A stretch of DNA of 63,990 bases, the filler included, from Rhizaria sp. SCN 62-66 (lineage: Eukaryota), in the NCBI GenBank assembly GCA_001724265.1. It is 4 parts of 4 records of this genome, joined end to end, with 100 filler letters (N's around TTAATTAATTAA, not from the genome) between each part and the next. Parts side by side here need not be neighbours in the genome. Positions count along the whole stretch, not along the records: positions 25,967 to 41,601 come from MEDY01000496.1; positions 41,702 to 56,757 come from MEDY01000497.1; 2 more parts are not named here. One strand, 5' to 3'. The notes under the pieces were generated by a model that searched no databases, was not told where the DNA came from, and saw nothing but the letters and a program-made list of their open reading frames with translations. Shown here piece by piece: positions 35,805 to 49,101 of this stretch (position 1 is the first letter of the stretch; each line of letters starts with the position of its first letter). A program made the position numbers and the translations under genes.

Positions 35805-36285
35805 GATGTTTGTCCTAGAAGTCGCAGACTGCTGGTTATGGCTTATCTGTGAATATCTTTAGAGCTAAGAAACCGTTTGATTTGGCAATGCTTCTTATTT
35901 TATTACAAGCTCATGCGCGAATTGCATGTACTTTTCATATTGCTACCTAGGAATCACGTACTTGTTTAACGTTAATTTATGATTCACAATACTTTAGTTT
36001 AAATGAAGGGTAAACTAATTTTGCTCGCACTGCCACACTAGTCTTCGAATTACATTTCCGTGACATGAAATACGGATCACGAAAAACAACCATTCATACA
36101 TTAGGATTTTAACATCATAACCTTATTACTATCCTTAAACTGGAATGTACGACGTGTTTTATTAGTCCGTTCAACGCTGGGCCTCGCATTAGGAGTACGA
36201 TTGTGTTTCTAGGTAAGCTGCGGAGACAAACACCGTCTTGTGCAGTACACGATGAAGTCACGACCATGACACGCTCAGTCCGTGC

Positions 36286-38718
36286 TCAGCGACGCCCCTT
36301 GCCCTTCTTGCGTCCCTTGCCGCCGTCGTCGCTGTCGCTGCCGGTCGTATTCTGCTGCTGTTGCTGCTTGTTGCCCTGTGCGCGCTTCTGCGCCTGCGCA
36401 ATACGTTGCTCGAGCTCCTGCTTGGCCTTGCCGCTGACGGCCTGCCCCATCGCCAGCTTCACCTGCGTCTTGCGCAGCCGCAGTGCGTCTGCGCGCGCCG
36501 CCGCCAGCTCCGCGGCCTTCTTGGCTGCCGCAGCTTCCTTGGCGTTCAAGGGTGCAGCCCCAGGCGCAGCGCCGGCGTCGGGTGTGGCAGCGCCAGTCGC
36601 CACGGGGGGGGCGGATTGCTTGAGGAGAGTCTCCTCGACCTTAGTGCGCAGACGGCGCAACTGCTTTGGGTTCAGCTTCTTGCCCGCTGACTGGCGCACC
36701 ACCTCCGCCTGCACGCGTGCCTCAAAACCATCATCGTCGCCGTCGCCGTCGCCGTCGCCATCATCTTCTTCCTCCTCCTCTTCGTCGTCGTTGTCATCGT
36801 CATCAGAAACAGGAGCAGGCTTACCCTTGCTCTTGGCGCTAGCGGCGGCCTTTGCAGCCTCAGCAGCCTTTGCATCCTTGGCGGCCTGGCCAGGAGACGT
36901 GATGTGGGTCTTCTGCAAGCGCCGCTGCAGCAGTGCGACATAGTGCGCGCGCTCAGCTGAAGTCAGTTTGCCGCTCTTGATGCGCTCCGCAATCGTCGTC
37001 AGAGACACATTCTCTGCTTCATCGTCGTCCTCATCCTCGTCTTCAAGCTCATCCTCATCCTCGTCCTCGTCAAAGTCTTCGTCATCATCTTCCTCCTCGC
37101 CGTCGTCAGCAGCAGCAGCTGAGGCAGAAGCAGCAGCGCCCTTCGCGGCCCCGCTTTCCTTGGCAACCGCAGCTGCAGCCTCGCGCATCTGCCGCTCTTC
37201 CTCCAACAGCTCCTGCTGCATGCGCTGCCGCACCTCGGCCACGCGCGCCTTGTGCTTCTTCGTCTGTCCGTGTTGTTCCCACTGCGCCTCGGACCGGAAC
37301 GAGCTGCGGCACGCCTCGCACACAAACGCCACGACCTCCTCGTCTTCCTCTTCGCTCTCACCGTACTGTTCGATGTGCAGCCGCCGCGCTTCTTCCGCGT
37401 CCGCCTCGGCGGCCTCCTTCGCCGCCGCCCGCGCCGCGCGCTTGGCCTCGGCCGCCTCGGCCGCGCGCGCCGCCGCGACGGCAGCGCGCGCGTCGCGCAG
37501 CGCCTGCTCCTCGCGCTGAACGCGGGCCCACCGCGGGTCGCGCCGCTGCAGCGTGGCGACAAGGCGCCGCACGGTCTCGTTGAACTCGCGCTTGGCGGCG
37601 CCTCGCTGCTTGGCGTTGATAGTGTCGATCTGGCGCCGCTCAGCGCGGTTGCCGCCGTCGTGCACGTCGTACTTGTCGTGCCACGCAAACGAACGCCGCG
37701 TCTGGAAACCTTGCCATGCGGCGTAAAAGGCGCGCACCGCCGCGCCGCCGCTGCGGGACGTGCCGAAGCCAGGCAGACGGCGCAGAAGCTCGGCGACCTG
37801 TGGGCCCGCGCCAGTCGCGAAGCTGGAGTTAGTCTTGGCGGAGTCCTTCTGCTGCTGTTGCTGCTGCTGTTGCTGGGGATTGGGCTGGGGAGTGCGGTGC
37901 GGGAGCGGCGAGCTGGGCGTGGACACGTCGTCGTCGATGTCGTCAACGCCGCCAGTACTGTAGGAGTTACTACTACTGTTGCCGTAGCCAGGGTCGTCAT
38001 CGATATCGTCGACGCCGCCACTAGACGAGCTTGCGGTCGCGTCAGTGGACTGCTTGTTGCTGCTAGAAGAGCCGTCGTTCTCAGCTTCGGCGGCGTCCGC
38101 GGCGGCTTCGAACGCGGCGGCAGCGGAGTCGAAGTCAGCGTCGCTGAGCGACAGCGCAAGCTCCAGCCCCTCGAGTGACACAATCGTGCGGAACACGCGC
38201 CGAAACACGGCGAAAAAGCCGCCGGGGCCGTCGCCCAGGCCAGAAAACGCCGTCACGGAGAAGTACGCCATCAGGTTGATTCCGTCCGGGTGGTCGTCGG
38301 GCTCACCGCTGCCGCCGCTGGCGGCGCCGCGCGCGCGCCCGCGCAGGAGCGCCTCGCGGTGCGAGTTGTACCACGCGCGCTCCTGTGGGTCTGAGAGAAC
38401 CTCGTACGCCTCTTGTACGCGCTTGAAGAGCTCAGCAGCGTTCTCCTCGTTGTTCTGAAGATGGAAGTGGGGGCAATGACAATGGCAGTGAAGATTGGCG
38501 TGAGAAACTAGAGCAGATTTCGGGGTTGTTAGGGCAAGAAACTATACGGTCTGGCCATAGTAAGAGCACGCGAGAACGATTTAACTTACATGGTTGCGAT
38601 CAGGGTGGTGCTGAAAGGCAAGCTTGCGGTAGGCGCGGCGAATCTCGTCGTCGTCAGCCTTGAGGGTCACGCCCAGCACCGCGTAGTGGCACTGCGGCGC
38701 GCTGGGATCAGCGCTCAT
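36286..38718 (-). CDS. DNAJC21: DnaJ homolog subfamily C member 21 (Jjj1-like; J domain + C2H2 zinc finger); exons 38718-38590 and 38454-36286
   Basis: CHYAVLGV...[20 protein letters not shown]...TTCAG intron, [46 protein letters not shown]...[33 protein letters not shown] stop. Confidence 0.93.
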
Positions 38719-40004
38719 TCACTAAAGAAAAAAGGAACGCAAGTGGGCGCAATGTGTTATTGAGCGAAAAACATGTCAAAAAAAGATCAATTCAGATGTT
38801 AGAGTCAGCGTTTATGTCATTTACTCAAGCTGAAAAGCACGGACGATGCATCCAACCTCTGCTTGACTACGAATTGTTGCAGCCTCACTAGCTTCACAAT
38901 CAACGCATATAGATAAAAGAATCAATGGAAGTATATATATTGCATAGAGGGGTGTGACGTTGCGCTAGGAAAAACTATAACGGACGTGGAGGTCCTTTAT
39001 ATATGATTGCGCTACGCGGTTGTATGGAGTCTCCAAGTCCACCACAAACGCATTCTGAGTGCAACATACATCTGAAAAATGCGTGCGTTTGGCACAAATA
39101 CAAGATAATTTGACAAATTGAACGTAACACAAGAAGAAAAAGCTGTATTCGTTGCAACATATCTTGCTCAATTCGTGTCAAGGTCTCCTGAAAAAAAAAA
39201 CCTTTGCTTGCTTCGTGTTACGCACATTGACGGACAGCGCGCCGACGCCCGACTTAACACTAAATTAAGATCAACAGAACTCGACTAGACTAACTCCCCC
39301 TGCCAGATACACAAACTACACATACGAACGCGCGACATACCGACCCGACTGATTAAAAGAAACGAAAAGAATACAAATAAGCGATGGAACGATGAAAAAC
39401 GAACTCTGGTGTAAGAACCACGAGTGATACGTACAATAAAGCTGCCTAATCATCCATGAAATACCAAACGGAAACAAAGTGAAAGCGAAAAACGCAATGT
39501 GTGCTTAAAAAGAGAGCGATGAGCACACTTAGTTGTGAGAAAACAAGGCACACACAAGCAACGAGAGCATGGGAAAAGAAACGCACAAAAATGAAAGAAG
39601 CAAAACTAAACTGACTGGATAGAAGGACATACAACGGCAATGACTGCGACTACGACGTGCGGGCAAATCATACAGACACACTCCACACGGACCAGCAAGG
39701 CTACAAGACACGCTATGTCACAGGAAGTGTGTAACTCAGAACAAGGCACCAAAAAAGTGGGGAGCAAACACGAACGATACGAAAAGGCTTTGTGGTGTCA
39801 ACAAACAACATATTCAGCTAATATGTTGACACAGTGCGCGACTCTTCGTAAACAACATGCAAAATATTGCGTGAGCTGCTTGACGCAAGCTTAATAATGC
39901 TTATGTGCTGGCCATGTTCGTGGTTGTGGTCATTGTGATACGGCTGAAGTTAAAGAATACGCATTACGATAACGTGACGAGAGTCGTCGGAGACATGTGC
40001 ATGT

Positions 40005-41601
40005 TTACGCGGACTTGGCGGCGGCAAACTTCTCGACCCCATCGACGCCTGCAAGCTTCGCAGTCATCTCGTCAAGGTACGCGTCAACACGGCGGGTGCC
40101 GAGCGAGCGAATGAAGGCAAGCATACCGTCGCAGAGCAGATAGTCAATCGACACGCAGCCGGAGCGAACGAAGAGCGCGATCGGCGCGGCGAGCATCTTA
40201 AGCAGGTTGGGGCAGTCCTCAGAGTCGTCGCAGATGCGCGCGTAGAGCATACGGACAGCGAACTGAACAGCGTTGTTGGACAGCACCTTCTCGTCGATTA
40301 GCAGGCTCCAGGCGGTCATGAGGATCTCGATCGTCTCCTGCAGATTGGTGCCGGAGAGCGCGACCGCGAGAGGCGCCGTAATGGCCGTGAACATGAGCAC
40401 GTCGCGGTCGCCCGTGAGCGCAAGCTTGGCGATGCGAGCCTTAAGCTCGTTGGTCTCACGGCCAGCGCGGTACTCGTTGAAGATGGACTTCATCTCCTCA
40501 ACGACCTCCTGAGGCACATGGTCCTCGATGTCAAAATACTCGGTCGTGAAGTCGTCGACACGCAACGACAGCGCCGCGCCAGAGTCCGCGCCCGCCTCGG
40601 CCTCAGCATCAGCCTCAGCCTCGCCCTCGGGCACGGGCTCGTCGTCGTCGTCAGAGGGAATGGGCGCGGCCTCCTCGACCTCGTCGTCGTCATCGGAGAT
40701 CAGCGCAGCAAAGCCACCGCTATGGGCACCAGAGCGCTTCGTCTCCTTGGGCGCCGGCGCGGGCTTGCGCACGGGCTGCTGCTTGATCGGCGCACTCGCG
40801 GCCGCCGCGCCGCCGCGGCCCTTGGTCTGGTTGCCGCGGCCACGGTCCTTGCTGGCGCGGTCGTTGACGCTCGTCCACTCGTCCTCCTTCTTGGCGCTGT
40901 CCTTGCCGCGCATGCTGCCGGGAGCGGCGCCGCTGGCCTTGCCGCCGCGGCCGGCACCGGCCGCGCCGCGGTGGCTGCCGGTCGCAGCACCAGTCGCGGG
41001 AACAGAGGCAGAGCCCAAGGAGGTTGACGAAGACGAGGAAGACGAGGAAGACGACGACGCAGCGGCACCAGCAGCGCCGGCGCGCGAGTAGCGGTCGCCG
41101 CTGGCGACAGGCTGCGCCGCGGGGGTGGGCGCAGGCGCAGAGACTGCAGCGCCAGAGACGCGCGGGACCCAGTTGTTGCGCGCGAGCATGACGACGTCGA
41201 CGATGGCGAAGCGGATACGCGAGCTCAGGCGGTCAGTGTCACGGATGGAACTCAGCCTGCCACTGGGGGTTTTTGGCTTCGGTGTAGAGGCGGCCCGTGG
41301 TGGTGAGGAAACGGCACAGACCCTCCATGGCGTCCTCGATGATCATCTGATCCTCGGCGGGCTGCCAGTTGGTCTCTCCGGCCTGGGGCACGCCGAGCGA
41401 CGTGGCGGTCGTGAACAGAGTGGTGATGCAGATGCGCACGACGTTGGCGGCCAGCACGTTGCGGCACAGGAAGAGCTCACCGACGAAACGCATCAGGTTG
41501 AGGAAGCGGCGACGCGACAGCAGCAGCTTAGCAGTGGCGTCGGCATCGTTGGCCGCGGCCTCGGTCTCCTCCTTGGTGGGGAACTTGTACTCGCTGAACT
41601 T
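40005..41601 (-). CDS. eIF4G-like protein, 3' part (end of MIF4G + MA3-like domain); frame break near 41250
   Basis: RRRFLNLMRFVGELF, EGLCRFLTTTG and LSSRIRF..VDVV.L..NNWVPR (MIF4G end); MKSIFNEY...DDSEDCP (MA3-like). TAA stop; 5' end lost at the linker. Confidence 0.85.
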
Positions 41602-41701
41602 NNNNNNNNNNNNNNNNNNNNNNNNNNNNNNNNNNNNNNNNNNNNTTAATTAATTAANNNNNNNNNNNNNNNNNNNNNNNNNNNNNNNNNNNNNNNNNNN
41701 N
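41602..41701. other. Artificial contig linker
   Basis: N44-TTAATTAATTAA-N44. Confidence 0.98.
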
Positions 41702-41703
41702 AT

Positions 41704-42666
41704 AAGGAGGCTCTGGAGACTGAACTAGCGAAGATTAAAGCAGATGAATAGGCTAAGGCAAAGGCAGTGGAGGAGGAGGAGGCTCGACGTCGAGATGCGC
41801 GGTGGGTCACTTTATTGGAGTCTTCTGAATGGGAGGCCGAGTTTGACGTGCACATTGCGTGTGCTCTCGAGGAAAGCGGCTACCCGCGACGGATCGAAAT
41901 TTATGGGGAAGCGCTTCCAGCCCCTGTGCGCAAACTTGGCGCGCCATCGTTTGCGGTACTTAGTGCGCCGCAAAAAAAGGCGCGTGATCGCATCTTGTCT
42001 TACTCAGCATCAACTCTAAAGACAACATCCCATTCGGATTTAGTAATGAAGGCCCGGTTTCGTGACCCTCACGCGCAAACAAATGTGGATTACCGCATGG
42101 TAATTCGGCTTGATGATGCAAAGTTTCCCGCAAACGCCGCCCATTTTTGCGTCGCTGCGAGTACCTACGCCTTGGGCAACTTAGTGCACCAATGTTTTGT
42201 GCCACCTGGTCGGACTGCAGCAACAATGCCTTTTGTCACGCTCTACCACCATGATTCTAAAGTGTTATGCAACCAAAAGCCTGTAATGCTGCCTGACGCG
42301 GACATCGTATACGGAGAATATACAGCACCTGATGATGAAGAGGGCCTGATCTATCCAGTCGGCTCAGTGCTCGTATATCCGCGCTGCATGATACCTTCTC
42401 GATCTACCAGGTGTTCGCATGACACACCTGTATTCATCGTCTTTAAGCCCTGCGTAGCGAGTCTCCTGCGCGGTGCAGTGCCAGTCGGTCGCGTGATGTC
42501 GTGCGTGAGGGGGACAACAGCGACGAAAGCAGACAACAGTAGCGTGCCATTCGATGATGCTGTGTTGCGCTGTTTTGAGCACTACTGCGGGAGTGGGGAG
42601 TGTGATAAGGATGCGAGCACGTACTCCTATTGCGACTTCGATAAATTTATGGGACGAATCAAATGA
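41704..42666 (+). CDS. 5'-truncated protein: coiled coil then divergent cyclophilin-like domain; in-frame TAG at 41749-41751
   Basis: KEALETELAKIKADE*AKAKAVEEEEARRR continues into the 299-aa ORF. RMVIRLDDAKFPANAAHF and VPVGRVMS loosely match cyclophilin RIVIEL...P.TAENF and VVFGRV. TGA stop. Confidence 0.55.
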
Positions 42667-42826
42667 TCTGTTTTGAAGCGTTTTGATGTCAATTACTCTG
42701 TGAAGTGTTGGGTAAGCATTTACATAAACAAGAAAATTTTGCAATATTTACGAGCCTATCTTTTATTCGTTTTTTCATGGTGAGATGTAGGTCGCTTCCT
42801 CTCACTGCGTCATACGCAGCGCCGAG

Positions 42827-43822
42827 TTAGTTGTCACATTCGCCGGTGGTCTTCTCGCCACCGTTGTTGTCGTTAACGCTATTTTTGGAAGCAGTATCAA
42901 TGTTGTTGCAATCGTTGTCGTTGGCGTAGTTGTCATCATGAGTCATCGTAGAATCAATTATGGCCGGTGTAATGGCCGATACGACGGGTGCAGTCAATGA
43001 AGGCTGCGGACTGCAAGGCGCGTGTTGTTGCACTGGTCGCAAAGTCCTGTGGGGATATTGCTGCTGAATTTGTGGCTGTGGCGGGGCATGTGACAACGGG
43101 AGCTGATGCAGGTCTCGTCTTCCAAACGGTTGCGGTTGCAGCACGTTCTCATGTGATATCCGGGAAGCTGCAGACGTCACAAACGTGGGAGCTGCGCTCT
43201 GCGTAAGAACCGAGATTGAGACATTCTTACGTGGCTGCAATGGCACCTGTGACTGCCGACCGCTGTGAGCGTCACGGCCTGTACTAGTATGAGTTGAGAC
43301 TCGGTGAGACGAGACTGGGTGAGACTAGAGCAGAGACAGCTTGTGTGGTCACCGCGGAAAAAGCACAAAAGGTTCTGCGGACTGAGCCAAACCATACGGC
43401 GACAAGTATTGTTGAGCGCAGAAAACCGACACGGGGCTGCGAGGGGGATGCAAGTAGTACAGAGGAGGCACGGCGAGCGGGCTTGAGAACGCAAGCGTTA
43501 TGAAGTTCGCGTCCGACTCTTAAGCTGCGCACAACAAAAGCAGATTTGGATTTAAATGTAAGCGCATCACGCGTGAGGCCACATTTCTTTTACGGCAAAT
43601 ACAAGTAGATTGATATGCTTCGTCGGTCATGCTCCATACTGCAAACTTATGTTTCGATCGTCCTAGCGAGCGAGATGGACGGTGCAAGAGCCTATGCATA
43701 AAGCAGAGCAAAAGAACAACAGTGTGAAAAACAGGAAACTTACGTTTCATCGAGATATGAGGTTGTTGTGAGGTGGGATGGTGTACAGATGGCTCATGTT
43801 GTGAGGAGATCATCCTCGTCAT
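42827..43822 (-). CDS. Possible multi-exon hypothetical gene (Q/P/N-rich last exon about 43325-42827)
   Basis: Open low-complexity frame preceded by a pyrimidine-rich CTCTAG acceptor-like site; upstream ATG ORF with a GTAAGT donor near 43743. Exon structure not resolved. Confidence 0.3.
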
Positions 43823-44560
43823 TTTAGGGAAGCCTAGTTCATGTCACCCACAAGAGAAACTGTCTGTCGCAAGAACATAGAACTATGCGAAATAGAGCAC
43901 AGTATGCAGTACATTGTGGATGTTTATGTAAATGGGAACTACGGTTCGCTGACTACGAATCGTCGTCCTGAGAGCGTCACGTCCGCGAACACTAGCCACA
44001 CTCAGTTATAATTCGGAACCAATGGGAACTATAAGTGATCTCATACATAACGCGTGTATGTTGTTTGCTTGTTTCTGAACAAAACATAGTGATTTATGGA
44101 TACATGTACATCATAAAATATTACATCTGTTGAATAACATTGATGACAACTATCAATGACAGTTGTCATCATTGGTGTCATCATCAGTCCGTGAACTGCT
44201 GTAGTACCAGCGAGTAAGTTTTACTAGATGGTTAGAAGAGGAAAGAAAATTACAGCGTGTTGCGACCATCATTGGCCATGTGCTGTCATGTGGCAGACGA
44301 CGGCAAAATCTTCAAACAGAACATGTTCGTAATTAGATAAAGAAGCGGTGTGCTGAAGCAAATGATACAAGCCCGTCAGCAGCTGTACGTAGATGTCGAG
44401 GCTTCGTTCAAAATAAAACTATCGTTAAGACAAATTTATCAAAAACATCGTCGAAGACTGAATTACTCACAGTTCGTAAGTGCACAATGTGCAATGCAGT
44501 TTGATAGACGCATGTCGCAATTTGTTCGCGGCTTGTTCACAGTTTGTTTGCAGCAGGCAC

Positions 44561-45488
44561 TCAGTGCGCGACAAAGGCCCTGACTGCGGCGCTGAGATCC
44601 GGATGCGAAGACTTGCGCACATTCACGCGCAAGTGCAAGAACTCGTGCAAATCCACCGTCACAGCCACCACGGCGTCGGGATCAAGCACACGAAGCGCGC
44701 CGCCAGTACTCGCGAGCAGTGCCTGTTGTTGCGCCTGTGTCAGCTGCGCCTGCGCGTGAGCGTGCGGGTCCGGCCCCGGCGACGGCGACATCGACACCGG
44801 CGCCGCAGTCGCAGCAGCAGCAGCAGCCGCGGACGCGGACGCCGCAGCCGCCGCAGCCGCCGCAGCCGCAGCAGCCTGGCCCTGGCCCTGGCCCTGGCCC
44901 TGATGCGACTGGGGCCCGCCGCCGCTCTGCCCCGCACTGCTCAGCGCGGCGTCAGCCTCGGCGGCGGCGATACGTGCGGCGAGCGCGACGGTGGCGCTTG
45001 TAGTGCCGAGAACCGACACTGCGCGGTCATACGAGTACAGAGAACCCTTGGTGTCAACGAGAGAAGTGGCACGGTGCATGGTCTGCGCGTCGAAAACAAC
45101 GCCGAAACGGCCGCGAGGGGCCGGGCGCGCCATCAGCGGGTTCAGCGACGCCGCCGCCAACGCAGCAGCTGGCGATGACAACGACGACGCCGATGACAAC
45201 GATGACGATGAGGACGAGGACTGCTGGTTGCCAGCGGAGGCCGCAGCAGCGACGGCGGCCGCAGCGGCCGCGGCAACGGCGGCGCTCACACACGACTCAA
45301 CACTGTCAGCCGCAGGCGCGTTTCCTGTCGTAGTCGCAGCTCTGGCGGCAGTAGTCCCGGGGGGGCTCGCTGCCGCAGTTGCGGCGGCGCTGTCGGAAGA
45401 GTCGCCCGTGGTGGCACCAGCGGCACTGGGACCGGCGCTGGCGGTCTCAGGCGTGCCCTGGTTGCCGGCAACGCCGGCGTCCTCGGCC

Positions 45489-45520
<32 letters not shown>

Positions 45521-48481
45521 CGTGGCCGCAGTGACGGCGCGCTTATTCACCGCGCCGCGCGTCTTGGCCGCAGGCGGCTGCAGCACGTCCAGCCCCGACA
45601 GCCCGGCGCCGGCGTAGCTCCCCGCCGCGCGCGCGGGGGCGGCGCCGGTGCCCGTCGCGGGCGGGGCGGGCAGTCCCAGTCCGGCAGCGGCGGCCGCGGC
45701 GGCGGCGCCGGGGCCGGCGGCCGCGAGCAACCACGCCGGCGCGCGCGCGGGGGCGGGGAACCTCTGCAGCAGCGCCTGCGCCTGCGCCACAAGCAGCGCG
45801 GGCGCGCGAGGGGAGAACGCCCACATCAACGCCTGTGCGAGCGCGTCGCTGTGTGCTTCGACCGCGGCGGCGTTGATCGCTGCGAGCGCGGGCGCGGCGA
45901 CGGCGGCGGACGCGGCGGCGGCGGCGGCGGCGGCCGCAGCGGCGGAGGCGAACACGGCCGTCGCGGCAGTCGCAGCGGCCACGGCGACGGAAGGGGCGAC
46001 TGAGGGCGCGGCGGCCACGGCTGCGGCGATCGCCGCGGCAGAGGGGGTCGGGATCACGCCAGCGAGCCCCGCGGGCGTCGCAGGAGCAGATGCGGGCTGC
46101 GGCGTCTGCGCTGCTGAGCTCTGCTGCTGTTGCTGGCCGCTAGCATGATGACCGTGACCGTGACCATGAGTGTGGTTCTGAAGGCTCTGGTGTGCAGCGG
46201 CGTGGGCCGCAGGAGTGACCGTAGGCGGGGTGACCGTGGGCGGGGTGACCGTGGGCACCAGGGAATACCACATCGCGGCCTTCGCCTGCACGACAACGAC
46301 GCCGATGAGCGCGAGCGAGATGTACTGCGGCCGCAGCAGCGACGGCGCGCACAGAGCCGACACGGGGACGCCCCCGCGCGCCGCTGCAGCCGCAGCCGCC
46401 GCGGCCTCCTCTCTGCCGGCCTCGGCGACGCTCTCGAGCTCCTCCGTGGCGTCTACTGCCCCAACAACAACAGCTGCAGCAGAAGCATCAGAAGCGGCAG
46501 TGGTGGCGGCGGCGGCGGCGGCAGTGGGGGGGAGTAGCCCGCCCCAGGCCGTGGCGTCGTGGGCGGGCAACTGCGCAGACAACAACGCTAAGTCAAAGCT
46601 CACGTCACGCACATACCGGCCCACGCCGCCGGCACCGATATTGCACGCAGTGGGATAATTCACTGGTACTGACGACTGTGAGTCGGCCGGTGACGCAGTC
46701 GCTGATGATGCTGCGTTTGTAGCACTCGACACAGTCTCAGTCCCAGCCGTAGCAGCAGCAGCAGCAGCAGGAGAAGGAGCAGCGGCGGTGGCAGCAGCGG
46801 CGGCATCGCTGTTGCTCGCCGTCGCAGCCGCGACAGCAGAGGAGGGATTCTGCGACTGCTGCTGTTGTGGTTGCTGCGATGACTTGATGTCGGTTCGCCA
46901 ACCGTGCCTGTCCGCATCGGACCGGCCAAAGTGGAACGGCGTGACGAACGGCGACGGCCCTACGAGTTCGAACGCGTGGTACGTGACGACGGTGCTCTCG
47001 ACCCACGCCAGCGCGCGGTGCTGGCACAGCACGGGCGTCCACGCCACGGCGTACCACGACCGCGTGCGGTCAACGCCGGCCAGCGTCAGCGAGGCCAGCC
47101 GCGGGTGCTGGGCGCAGAGCAGCGCGGCCTGCTGGGCCAGGGGGCGGCGCTGGTGAGGCGGCTGCCACTCACTGAAGTCCACCAGAAGCTTCGGGACACC
47201 GCTGCCGCTGCCGCTGCCAATGCCAGTGGTAGAGCTAGAGCTCGATGAGCTCGAGCTAGAACTGGCGTTGACTGAACGAGAAGTGGAGCTTGTACTGTTG
47301 CTCGCATTCGCGTTCAGACTCGCGTTCACACTCGTGTTCGCGGTCGCACTCGCGTTGTTGGCAGAACTGTTCGCGGTGTTGGAGCTAGAAGTCGATGCAG
47401 AGTGCACAGTGGTCGTCGCATGGGCTTGCACAGCAGCAGCAGCACCAGCAGCAACACCAGCAGCAGAAGAGCCAGCAGCAGCACCAGTAGTCGTAGCGTT
47501 GCTGATCGCTGCGGCATCGTGCACACCGGCGTTGTCAGCCGCGTAAATCTGCATAGCCGAGAGTGTAGGAGTAAAATAGTACTGTTCGCAGCCGCAGCCG
47601 ATAGCACCGCCAGATCCGCCGCCGCCGCCCGCCGCCGCCGCCGCCACCACGGCCTCCACTGCGTCTGCTCCTGCGCCACCTAAACTCACGCCGCAGGCCT
47701 CAGCCTCACCAGTACTAGACTGCGCGCCAAAAGGAGACAGAAACCCGCCGAGTGCGGCCGAGGCGGCGGCCACGGCGGCGGGGCCCGGGTCAGAGCGGTG
47801 GTCCGAGGGCGGCTCCACGGGGGTTAAGAGGGGGACGGCGTGGCCACAGGGCTCGTCGTAAAAGGCCCAGAGTGCAGATAAAGGCGTGTCGGACTGGTAG
47901 GGGTCAATGGCCACGCGCGGCGGGCACAGGGAGCCGCCGGGGTACGGCGCCGCAGTGGAGCTGCCAAAGGCAGAAGGTGAGCCAAAGCCAGAGCTTGAGT
48001 TTGCAGAGCTAGAGCTGGTATTAATAGAGGCCGGGGGAAGCGAAGGGCCGTGGTGGTGGTTCTGCGGCGCCGCTGCCGCTAAAGCGGCAGGATCCTTCTG
48101 CTCGGGCTCCTGCAGGGTCGCGTCGCTCGCAGCGGAAAGCGCGGCGAGCGCCGTCATAGCATCCTGCTGCTGTTGTGCGAGCTTCTGGCGCAGCAACAGA
48201 GCGCCGACCACGCGCTGCTCGTACACGGCCTCAGCTGCAATTGCGGAGGCAACGGAGGCCGGGCGCAAAGGCAGCTGCACGGGGCCCGCGGCGGCAGCGA
48301 CAACCGAGCCCGCGGGGGCGAGCGCGGAGGCGTCGAATGCGGGCGTAAGTGTGTGAAGCAAACGAGTGAGGTTGGCGTTGGGGCGCAGGCGCGGGACGGC
48401 CAGCGCGGCCGAAGAAGCCGACGAAGCGGTCGAGACCTGCGGCGCGCACAGCAGGTCCACTTTGGCGTTGTTGTGGAACAT
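44561..48481 (-). CDS. DUF789-domain protein with long Ala/Ser insertions
   Basis: NLTRLLHTLTP, LSALWAFYDEP..G..VPL, QYYFTPTLSAMQIY and FSEWQPPHQRRPL...HPRLASLTLAGVD..RSWYAVAWTP match the DUF789 motif order. TGA stop. Confidence 0.8.
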
Positions 48482-49101
48482 CGCGGGCCGGGCGGGGGCG
48501 CGGACCGGGGCGGCGCGGCGACAAAGAGGTGTTGGAAACGGGACTTGGAAGGGACAGTGAAAGACCGAGTGCGGTTACTTGATCAGGGTACCTACACGTA
48601 GAAATCAATTATGGAAGTGAACGCATCGTAGAAAGATAAATTAGCATAGATTGTAAACCATATCATGATGACAGCTTCGCTGAATCTCATAGTGGACTAT
48701 ATGATCCCCTTCAAAAAGTGGAGTCCGGCCTTGACACAAGAGACTGAGTCTCGATGATAAACCGAAGCTAGCAGGCCAAGCCAGAGGCGACTGGGAATAC
48801 AATAAGCAGATAAGGTACAAAAAAAGTCAGACTACTTCAAAAGACTGCTGAACTCCTGCACTTGCGAGAGACGCAGTCACAGTAGAAGGCGTTCAACGAC
48901 GTCGATCGGCCGGGCTCTCGAGATCGTCTTCGACCGGTCTGCAAACGCGCGTCAAGTCTGCCGGCGCCTTCAGGTTGACTTCTCCGTGTGATATCAATAT
49001 AGTTCATATATTATTGCATGTGGGTAAATAATCAAGTTTTTTATATAGGATATTTGAAAATATCTTTTAAAGAATGCGATTTTGAGTCGCAGTCTCTTCC
49101 T

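Noticed and set aside
43325-43328. In-frame TAG upstream of the 42827-43246 ORF as further recoding evidence
   Set aside because: It is preceded by a pyrimidine tract (GTCTCTGCTCTAG) and is better explained as a 3' splice site.
2565-46260. Short tandem repeats (15-bp SEFDA units at about 2570, ET repeats at about 11700, TVTPP at about 46220) as CRISPR or mobile repeats
   Set aside because: In-frame coding micro-duplications without spacers or cas genes.
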